A stretch of 64,000 bases of DNA from Lytechinus pictus. Lineage: Eukaryota. The stretch spans positions 14,138,001 through 14,202,000 of the forward strand of contig NC_087245.1 of the NCBI RefSeq assembly GCF_037042905.1. Reading direction: 5' to 3'. The notes below the pieces were generated by a model. That model saw nothing but the letters and a program-made list of their open reading frames with translations. It was not told the DNA's origin and ran no database searches. Below are positions 10,616 to 21,471 of this stretch, piece by piece; the first letter of the stretch is position 1; each line of letters starts with the position of its first letter. The position numbers and the translations under genes are program-made.

Positions 10616-13600
10616 TAGGTTGAAAATGCAAGCAAGATTAAATGAGTTTGATTTGGGTATTTGCATTTATTGCTATCCAATACAACCAACTTTTGAATTA
10701 TTGTATTCAAAAAATATTTTTCATAACCCTGTTATATTCATTTCGTTCTGAAAATAAGCAGTATAAATACGTTAGCATTTGATATTTCTTTTTGTTCCAT
10801 CTTTTCTAGCACTTTTTTTCTCTAGTGAAGAAAGGTAATGAATCGACCATCATAATTTTTTTGTTGATATGGACATTTTCATCATCAATGTGCTTAAAGA
10901 AACAAATATGAAAGTTCAAAGATTCATGTTATTTATTGTGTGGCCATGTTTCATTTGTAAATTATTACCAGTTCTCATTTACAAAATGTAACAGTTTGAA
11001 ATCATTCCATTTTCAAAGAAATATATGGCTATTACACTATTTTATCAACACCTGAATTCCAGTCTATCTTGAATTTTTAGTCTGTTCCTTAACTTGAGAC
11101 TCTGATAGAGCCATCAAGTTTAGGTGTGAAGTACAGGCTAATGCTGTAACTGTGGAGGAGATCTTGTTAGCCTAATTAGTCTACAACAGAGTCTGATTGA
11201 AGTATTGAAAGTAGGGATTTCAAGGTGCTGATAGGTGAATATAAGGAAATAGTCTTGTATTTAAGACTTAATATTTTCTTTTCTAGGAAAATGGAAGTGA
11301 TTGACTTTTAAGAATAGAAAGAAGTGTAATTTTCAATCCTGGACAAAGCGGACTGCCATTAATATGATTGATGTATTACTATTAAGCACATTTCAAATGA
11401 GGTTGCACATAATGCATGAGGGGAGGGGGGGGGGCACGCTAAACTGTAAGCCCACATTGTTGAAAGTAGATTAATTCAAAATACGTATAGGCATGACCAA
11501 CAGTTATCCTAAAAAAAAGGGTCTGGATTGTAGTCTAATGCTCCATAGCAACAATCTGAGCAGCTTCTGAATAGGTTTTGATTATGGATTAGCAAAATTT
11601 GACAAACTGACAATTTTTTTATCCAGATTATATACATTGGGTGAGGTGTTTTATGATGATGCAGATTTGAGGTCTGAACCATAGCCTAATCTTTTGAAGA
11701 AACGGGACAGTACACTCGGCGGGTAGCCCCCTGACGTGATCAAGTGCGTGTATCGCTGACGACCATCATGCTTGCGCTTGCGTCACGCGTGCTGTTTGTA
11801 CGCAGAACGCCAAAGAACACAAGAGCTCTCATTTCATCGCAGCCGGATACAGATGATGCGGAACATGTGGGGTGCGAGTTAACTGATGATGGGTGAGGAA
11901 GGGAGATGGGGACATTAGGGAGAAAGATGGTGATTAAAACTGGCACCTATTTTTTCATTCTCCAGAATGTTTTACCAAAAGTTGTTACTATGAGATTGAG
12001 AAGGTCTTTTCCAAGATTAATCATTTCCCAAGAAGGATTACTGAATGAACCTTGAGGCCTGTATTTCCTTGGACTCAGAAAATTTGGTTAGGAAATACAT
12101 GTACATGTACTTGGGTTTGTTCATAATTAATGTGAAACTGTAACTTGTTGGTTGAATTGATTACCTATATATTTTGCACACATTTTTATTTCAAGCTACT
12201 ATTAATACATGGAGGTTGATATTTGTAGCCAAACATTTTATTTAGGGAGAGTGTAGGTTCTACTGTTGACAACACCTTCAAAGAATACTTTGATTCTCGG
12301 AGGATAGATTTTTTTTTAAGGGAAATAATTGGGAGTGAAAACCCATCTAATGAAATATTACTTTATTAAATGACAATGCCTTCCTGTCGACAAAGCCTTG
12401 TAGATTCCCTTTTTTAAGATGAAAAGCATGAGAACAGGACAGGCCACCACATGATACATATAGATCATCTAGTCAATATAACAGAATAGCACCTATTCTT
12501 CAGACATCACGATACATCATCTGACCTCATAATAGCAAAAACTCCCAAATATCATGGATGGAATAAAAAAAAATTACCAGGTAAAAGGCAAAGTTGGAAC
12601 TTGACATGAGGCCAAAAAGCAGTGGATGGTGACTCCTCTCCCCATTCACGTCTCATTTAACAGTGGTTGGTTTCTATGGAAACACCTAATCGATATCCAC
12701 CTTCAGAAAGGAAGTGCTGATTATGGTTGAGTGAGTTTCTAGAATTCCACCCTTACTGTCACTATGTTATCTTCAATATCCTGTTTGTAAAGAGTCTTGT
12801 ATTGTTGCAAGGAACCTGTTGAATACCACCACACAATCCTGATGCACACTCACAAAAGTTTTAACCAACCTTTTATATATCAAATTGGCAGCCATTGGTC
12901 AAAACAAAATAATATTTCATCAAGAAGGGTTTTTATTTTAATCAGCAATTGCTAATTTGCTATTGTTTGATATTATTAATCAAACTATTTAATAAATTAG
13001 CTAACATTAAAAAATTTACAGTCCATTATTTCTATCCATGTTGTTTTTATTGTCTTCATAGCAAAGCATTATGCAACATGTGAAGAAAATAACATGATTT
13101 GATGGTACTGAAAACTGATATTTGACAATACATGTATGTTATTTTACCAGTAATATGACTCTACGGATGTAGATTGAATATGATATGGGTAATATTTTTT
13201 CTTTGTTCAGTTATCTTGTGTCCTGTTTTTGTTCATCTTTTTTATTTAAAGCAAATCCTAAAATAGTGAGCAAGTTTTTTTTTCATACAAAATGCTTGGT
13301 CATATTCATTCCTAATATTTGATTAACTATAACCCATGAAATGATGCCCTTTTATTTGTATAAATCCTTCAACAAAAACCTACTATATTCACATCAGCTT
13401 TAGATTTCAGTATACATAATAGCCCTTAATTTTATGTTGAATTTTTGAAATGTGATTGAAATCCAGTGATTACAACAGACTGCGAGTTTTTTCCAACCAT
13501 ATGCCCATTTCACAAGTTCAAAGAGTTTTAAGCTACTGAAATAATTCAATTTGATTTGCTGATAGTAAACTTGTGATAGAGATTATGCAAAATATGACCC

Positions 13601-13954
13601 ATGTGTGGATTGGTGATGAAGAGAAAGTTCCCATCACTTTCAGAGGTGATTTTTACTTAAAATTAAATCTCGTATCGCGGATTATGTCCCACTATCACTA
13701 AATGGCATCATTTTAATATCACGATCAACAAATAGGCCATGTCAGATTAAGGGATTTCGAAAACTGTATATGGCCCAAACCTTTTGCAATATTCAGGGAT
13801 GTACTTTTCTTTGCTCTCTCTTTCACTAAAAAAAAAAATTCAAAGGCAAGTTACGCTTTACCTTTTCTTGGATGAAATTAGACACTTGGATGGTTGTATC
13901 ATACATGTACACCTGTTTGGTTTTAGCCCCCCCCCCAAAAAAAAAAAAAAAATC

Positions 13955-14225
13955 AAAATAAATAAATAAATTAATTAAATAAATAAATAAATGAATGAAT
14001 GAATGAATGAATGAACAAATGAATGAATGAAGGAATGAAGGAATGAATGAATGAATGAAAGAAAGAAAGAAAGAATGAATAAGAAAGTAAATGAATAAAT
14101 ATATAAATAAATAAGTAAATAAATAAATACAAATAAATAAATAAATGAATTTAAAAATAATAGATAAATAAATAAATAAATGAATAAATAAATAAATAAG
14201 TAAATAAATAAGTGAATAAATAAGT
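13955..14225. repeat. Compound (AAAT)n/(GAAT)n/(GAAA)n microsatellite
   Basis: Directly visible tetranucleotide arrays. Confidence 0.95.
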
Positions 14226-14335
14226 AAATTGATTTACTGGAAAAAAATTGATCGAACTGAATTAGTTTTTAGGAAAATGTGTTTTGTATGTGTGTTGGTG
14301 AAGGGGGGAATACAATGAGAGGGGTGTATTAGTTA

Positions 14336-14751
14336 AGGCGACCGCACACCTTACGACTGGTCTGCGACCCGATTTTGGAACAAATCACGTTTTGCTCATT
14401 TTCTGAAGATGTGAATGGAACATATCATTTTATTTGAGGTTAAAATTAATTGAAATAATAATATTATAACAATTTTGAAAAATTGCAAGCCCTTATTTTG
14501 GAGTAAAGTCCAAATTAGTTTCAAATCGTAGCCAATCGTAAGACTGCTATGACGTCATTACGACTAGATATTAAATTTGCTTTTATTCTAAGAAGGATGA
14601 TAGCATAGTCACAAATTTGATCATAGGTTTTCGTACGATGATTTCGAACATTACACAGTAACTTATTCCAAGTCTCAATATTAGCATCAAATTCTATTAC
14701 ATTTTATTCTGAAATCGGGTCGCAGACCAGTCGTAAGGTGTGCGGTGGCCT
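14336..14751. mobile_element. PIF/Harbinger-type MITE
   Basis: TTA|AGGCGACCGCACACCTTACGACTGGTCTGCGACCCGATTT ... AAATCGGGTCGCAGACCAGTCGTAAGGTGTGCGGTGGCCT|TTA: ~40-bp TIR with 3-bp TTA TSD. Confidence 0.9.
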
Positions 14752-15380
14752 TTAGACACCTCCCTCATGGCAGTAAAAGAACTATTTGTTAAGGTGTCCA
14801 ATTATCATGAGCAAATATTCACATTGCATTAGTAAACCCACTAAACACATAAGCATGTGTAATCAGAGTATGTATATATATACTCATGACATGTGTGCTT
14901 CATGTCGTGTGACACATGTCGAGTCTGGAGGGAAATCAACGAAAGCGGAATTTCGAAGAATTGTTGTATTGTTAAATGTAAAAGCCATCTGTTCCCACTT
15001 CATTCTTATCGCACCAAATCAAGTGTTAAGGTGAAAGAAGTCATCAAGAAATAGTTTAAGGTGGTCTGGTCATACTTGATGGTGCTCTTGAGAATTGGTA
15101 GAAGCATTGATTAAAAAAGTATTTTTTAAAAATAAAAAATGAGACCTACATGGACCTTTCTACAAAAAATTAACTTCCCGCCACACAAACATGTATGTTA
15201 GGGACTACACATCATTTTAAGCTTCGATGTGGACTCACAACTAACTACCAATATGCTCTATGTCAGACTTGTCCCTTTTTTTAGTCACTAAACATTAATT
15301 GGACATACTGTATCGTAAGTAGACATGATCAACTCTGCTTGTAAAGAGTGATTTGTCCCCATAATGTACATTTGCAAGTA

Positions 15381-15700
15381 CAGTCAAATCTGTTAATAGT
15401 GCCCACCTGTACAGAAGGACCACCTATCTGTAAAGACCAGTTGCCCGTAACACACAGCTTAGCAATCATTGTAGAACTTTTTTTTTTTTTTGACAATTGA
15501 TTGCATTGACTGCAATGTACAATCAATCGTGAAAATCAAGCACACAATTAATTGCTAGCCTTTGTGTCACGGGACCTGGATGCATGGTTTACCTTGAACA
15601 GTTTTCCCCCATGCAACATGTGAACATATCCATAGAGACCATCTGCTTATAAAGACTATTTTTCTTGTCGCCCCTTGGGCAGTCTTGATATACAGGTTTC
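15381..15700. mobile_element. Degraded Tc1/mariner(pogo)-like MITE relic
   Basis: TA|CAGTCAAATCTGT start, repeated (A/G)GACCA(C/T)CT motifs, decayed right end TACAGGTTTC. Confidence 0.4.
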
Positions 15701-15909
15701 TCATGGAACATGTGGAATCATGAGCATTGTGACATTTTGTGATTTTATACAGAGCTCCGTTGTTATTCCTGTTTGAATTTGAAACATTTGCATATTCCTT
15801 TGATTTGAAATAAAATATTTTGAGGGACACCATCAGTGCAGTCATTTGATGTAAATATTTTGTGAACTTAAGCCAAACTTAAATTGCCAATTTTTTTTTT
15901 CATTTCCAG

Positions 15910-16147
15910 GACTCGACAAGGATGAGCACAGAATGCGGAGTGGTCATAGAAGACTTTGAAGCAGCATCCAGCCGCGAGCTATCGGTTACTCGAGGACAGA
16001 CAGTCGAGATCCTTGACCAGCCGTATGAGAACCGAGACTGGTACCTGATCCGGACGCTGGCCCAGGACAATGCCACGCCCATAGAAGGAATGGTCCCGGC
16101 TTACTGTATCCGACTTGCATCTCAGAGATATAGCTCAAGCAGTCAAG
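15910..16147 (+). CDS. TRIO: Trio/kalirin exon encoding the first SH3 domain (DSTRMSTECGVVIEDFEAASSRELSVTRGQTVEILDQPYENRDWYLIRTLAQDNATPIEGMVPAYCIRLASQRYSSSSQ)
   Basis: T-tract plus catttccag acceptor ending 15909, gtatgt donor at 16148; 238 nt, phase 0 to 1. SH3 hallmarks D-F..., EL.V.RGQ.VE, W.L.R and G.VP are present. Confidence 0.95.
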
Positions 16148-17477
16148 GTATGTGGCATGCTGTTGTGGTCGTTGTTTAGTTTTTTGGTGTACTTTGTATT
16201 TTGTTTTGGTTGTGTTGTTGTCATTGTTTCTTTTCTATTATTCTATAATTTCCATTATATAGTTATTAAAGGATTCCTACAGCTGTACAAATAAATTTAG
16301 AACATCAGTTGAAATTATTAGGAAAATGTAAAATATAATACTCAAAGATCTTTTATGAAGAAAACTGAACAAAATTTTGAAAATTGAAAGAAAAAGAAAC
16401 ACAGTCAGATTTTTGCATAAGTCATGCAAGGCCTGTACTGATTTTATTTTTATTTTTTATTTTATCTCTGGGAAGTAAGGAAAGACCTGTCTATAAATGA
16501 TTTTAATTCGGTGATTTTTTTTCTTTTAGTTGATGGCAATAAATTTTATTTGTTCTGTTTTTTATTGTGCCAAGTCTTGACAAGTAGCTTATCAATATTT
16601 TATCCCCACATGATAGAGCTTGCTACGACATCACTCCTGATAGCGAATGACCTATAACCCTTATCCTAGCAAGCCTCCCACCTCCAATGTACACTTCATT
16701 TATGAGTGTTGTTTTTATTGAGTGAATGATTGTTTGGTTGATTGAAAGGGTTGTTTTTTATTTGTATATTCATATGTGAATGTAACAATTTTATATCTGT
16801 TTGTTTGGTGTTTGTATTCATTTTATTCATTTGTTATTTTTGTTGTAAGATGTCAAACTACTTCATTTGTTTTCATATGATATCAACATTCCCCAACCCT
16901 TCCCATGAATTCAAGTTGTGTAATATATGTGTTGTAGTATTTGTACATTTCATACAACAAAGCTGATGAAGCCTCATTCAAATATGTTAGAAAGCTATTA
17001 AATCAACAATAAAACTTTTCACTATTTTTGAACGTGACAAGACACATAGCTCCAATTGTCCAAAATTGCAATATAATGATTTCATCCTGACGTTTTATCT
17101 TGTCTTTCCAGTGATGCCTACAATTAATATGGCAACTTTTGGTTCTGTGGTAGGATTTCATAAGTTGTAAACTGAAGTATGGAAAAATCATTTTACAATT
17201 AAACTGATGTATGTTTTTGATTCATCCAGGAAGAAATACAAATTACGAATAGAGATCAATCTGATCATCTGGACTTACTGGTTTGAAACGGAGAACAGTT
17301 TCACGTCACATCATTTTACAATTACACTAACATTTTTTTTTAAATATCATTTTGCCACCTTGGAACAACAAAAAAGTCTCTTTCCAGTCAAATTATTATC
17401 TCTCAGTGATTCATATATCCATAGCCTTTGTAAAGAAAAATATATTGAGCGTTATTATGCTGTATCTGAATGAGGTA

Positions 17478-17880
17478 AATTGCCATTCATCCACTCACCA
17501 CATTGTCTACCTTCATTTAGTCTAATGCCATTTCGTCCATCAACATTTCATCTAACAATCATTTGGTCCAATAACCATTAAGTTCAATCATCGCTTCGTC
17601 TAATCACCAGTTTGCTATGATCATTTCGTCTAATAACCAGTTGGTGTGATATTCGTTTTATTTTCATTCATTTTGCCCAATTAACACTTACTGGAGTGTA
17701 ATTAGACCAGATGGTGTATGGACTAAATGGCTATTGGACTAACTGGTTATTGGACGAAATGGTGAGTGGACGAAACCGTAATTATACCATGCCGATATTG
17801 GACGAACTGACGGTAGACCAAATGATAGTATACGAGTTGGCAATTGGACGAATTGGCATTGGACCAAATAAAAATAAACC
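17478..17880. mobile_element. Foldback-like element built of ~15-17 bp tandem subrepeats in inverted arms
   Basis: Left arm repeats CATTT(C/G)GTC(C/T)AA; right arm repeats the complement TTGGAC(G/C/T)AA(A)TG. Confidence 0.7.
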
Positions 17881-20800
17881 ACACATTCTACATATATATC
17901 TCCCAAATTACCTGAGCACTGATTATATTAAACTTACTGTTTTTACTTGTTTGTTATCAGTAGTAGATGTGAAACAATTATCTGTTATCATGAATCACTT
18001 ACCTTCTTTCTACCACCTTCATTGAGAAGTACATAGTAATGAAATTAAATCATCATGCTCTCTCATCTTTGCATATTATTAACCCCTAGTCTAGTAAGCC
18101 ATCATGTCACACTCTGTCTTGTTCTTTCTAACCTTGTGTACTGTTATTATTTCTTTAGATATAATTTTTGTTTATTTGTTTTCAGAGGTAGATGTGAAAT
18201 AAGTGTCTTTGTTTTCATAAGATGTAAATTTTGTCCTTCCCCTTCGCTTCACTAAGCTGTCATTACTCGAGAGGCAATTTTAATCTCTGTACTCCTTCAG
18301 AAATCATTAAAAAAGTCTTAGCGACAGTTCCAACAAAACTAACTCTAAACCATCTGACAATTTGTCATTGTAAATTACCTAATTCTCGGTCTGGAGTTCG
18401 ATTCACTGTTGTGACTGCAGAATCAGTATGTTGGCTAGTAGAACCAGTTGACCAGCCTTTCAAGAAAGTATATTGGTTAATAGACTCTTGTTATGGTTTC
18501 ATGTAAATGATCATGCCACCAGGTGCATTCTGGGATTTCAGATGCCTGATGGAATCATGGGAATGATTCATTACGGTTCAATTGAGTTTATTGCTCACCG
18601 GAGCTTGATCACGCTTGCATATATATCTCCAGGCTATTCTGTAGGTGTCATGCTATTGGTCGATGTTTTATTGAATAATGTTTTTCCCCTTCTCTTTTCC
18701 TTGTTACTTTGGAAATTCTCATAATAGTCCTATATGTCATTTCTTGCAACAGGTGGAGCATATTGTGTACATTATGTTTGCATCAATGTATGAGTTATTG
18801 AAATGCAGTTGCTTGCATGATGTGCTTTGAATAATTTCATATTAATTTTTTACTGCTTGTAATAATAAGTTATATTTTAATTGAACAAAGGGCGATCAAT
18901 AAGTATATTATCTCTATCATATTAGTATCATATCTAGCTGGGAATACATCTATTATAATAGGTATCTTGTTATAATCATCAAATGCATATAAATTGCCCG
19001 ATTTTGGTTGGAAAGCCCTTGGCAATTTAAGAAGCCATTTGAAAATCAATCTGCCATGCATTTTATCAGTGAACGACCTTTTGTTATTAAATACAATTGC
19101 CATCTACTTCAATTTTCTTGATCACTTTCCTGGTAGGATTTTTTTTTTTTGTAAAATGAAAATATTACTATTATCTTCCATAGAATTGACCTGATTTTCT
19201 TGGTGAAAGGGGGGAAACCCCATATCTTAATGACCGTGGACTTATCTTTGCAAGAGTCCTCCCAGTTAAATATTTGTTCACTTGCATTATTATACTACAG
19301 CTTGAATTATTGATATTTGCATGATCCAAGACTGTAAATATTGACTTTGTCATGGAAAATCCCATCATGAAATATTATTTGCCTTGGAAATAATTTTGGT
19401 TGATATGTGAGAAGACAACGCTCTTACTTTTAGAATTGTTTTGTTGTTCAATTGTTGTTATTTTTGGTCTCACATGCTCTTAATTTTGCACTGCACCGCA
19501 TATAGGTAGACATGGTATGGTATTTGTGAGTTTTCCATACATAGAATTTCACGTGAAGTTTTGTTGAAGATAGAAATTGGAATGAAATGGCAGGGAAGAC
19601 TCAAGAGAAAAAAAAGAAAAAAGTAATGGAATAATAAGGAAAAGAAAGAAAAAGAAAAATTAAAAAAGAAAAGAAAAAGAAAAAGGAAGAACATGAAGTA
19701 AGTAGAAACTTGGAGAAATGGTAAAAGAAAAAAAGAATATAAGCATGATAACTGTGAAAATACATACCTGTTAGTATAAAGTAAGCAAGATAATATGTAT
19801 GAGTATCTGTACCAGGAGGCAAAGTTCTTGAAGAGAGTAAAAAATAGTGAATTGCAACATTCTTGATCCCTTATGAGAGGTAGATGACTAACTTTAATCC
19901 CGATATCATTGACACTGCAGTTGAGGGACCAACAGAAATCATTATAGCCAGCATTGGCAAATTAACTTGCGTTGACATATTCCTTCCTGTCTAATGCTCA
20001 CATATCATTGTATGAGGTATGCATTTCAAACCAAAGGGTTGAAGTCGTATATCACAAAGATGAGAAATTGATCATAGCGCTGATTTTTATAATTGATTGC
20101 ATTGAGCATCATGTGCAGTCGGTCATACAAATTTATTTTTAAGTTCTGTGTTATTAGGTCCTGATCATTGCTCTGTCATAACATACATGTATGTCCCTGG
20201 TGAGCACTGGAGCGATGGCCTGACATATTTGTTTTATCAACATTGTAAGGTATATCCTTGCAAACAAATAACAAATGAAATCAGTACCTCCAGATATTTG
20301 CAAGGATAAAAAGTTGTAGGTGATTATATTGAAAGCAAAGAATTTCATTTATGGGGGGGAGCAGTGATCGTTGATTTCAGAACTATTATTATTATTTTTT
20401 TTAATCTACTCATATTTTTAGCAGAACAGATATTAACGTTAAAAAGTTGCTAATGTTCTCTCAAGGGAGTGGATGAGAAATAAAATCACTCTTCCTTTTC
20501 AGAGATGTGTCCTTTAAGAATAGTCCTGAGATAAGTGAAAAAAAATACTTAAAATCCACCCAATTTGTGATTTTGTTATGTAGATATATTTGCCTTCATT
20601 TTTATCACCCGAAGTGTTGCATGTTAATGTAAATAATTGTAAATATGTCTGATACTTATTCAAGTAGTGCATGTACATTATTTTATTTATATATAAAGGT
20701 CACAGGGTCACACAGCAGGTAGGTAGAACATTTTGTTGTGTTTTACTTTGTACTTCATTTACATGGCTTTGCGAGACCAATTTTGCATTCTTGAAATCGC

Positions 20801-21160
20801 CTTTTAGCAGTGTCTTTCAACATCTTCGCCTGATGCAGAAAAGACCTTTCACTCCATTGAATCCCTCCCATGTCGTACCAGAGAAGATGAGCGAATATAG
20901 AAGTTGACATTTGAAAATAACTTCCTCGATATTCTCTCTTTAGCTTTTCACATTGTTATTTTCTCTCGTTTCACCTTTATTTGACCTTATGCTCTTTTAG
21001 CTTGATAAATTGTGATGACGTTTTACTGTGCATTTGTTCTTCACTTTAAATCGCTTCATTGAAGAAAAAAAATATTTTAGGCTTGTGATTGTTGCTTGGT
21101 TAATTCATTACCATTTTAAATATCCTTTTATTCTTATATCACTTTGTAATTGTATATCAG

Positions 21161-21295
21161 GGCCCCATCTTACAAATAGTTGGACGGCCAGCAACGTCAA
21201 CATCTATTATTCATGTTTAAAAAATTATGACACTGATGGATTTCCATAGAGTTACAATTGATTGGATCAATCGTAACTCTTTGTAAGACGGGGCC
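21161..21295. mobile_element. Short MITE, CAG target duplication
   Basis: CAG|GGCCCCATCTTACAAA ... TTTGTAAGACGGGGCC|CAG. Confidence 0.85.
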
Positions 21296-21457
21296 CAGAA
21301 CAACTATTGAACAAAAGATGTTTAAACATTGAGATGGGAAGAGTGAAAGTTTTTGAGGTAGAGGTTAAAAAAGGAGAAGTTAGGTTCAAGAGCGTAATCC
21401 TCTTACAATCGAGCAAGGACCTCATTCTTTAAGGGTCTCTTCTTTATTGTAGGATGG

Positions 21458-21471
21458 GTTGCCATGGTAAC
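21458..21471. promoter_or_regulatory. RFX X-box motif GTTGCCATGGTAAC with adjacent CCAAT (21475)
   Basis: One mismatch from the palindromic X-box GTTGCCATGGCAAC. Function not shown. Confidence 0.5.

Noticed and set aside
16610..16680. 8-bp inverted repeat GCTTGCTA/TAGCAAGC, possible C/D snoRNA
   Set aside because: No RTGATGA box C or terminal CTGA box D in the required positions.
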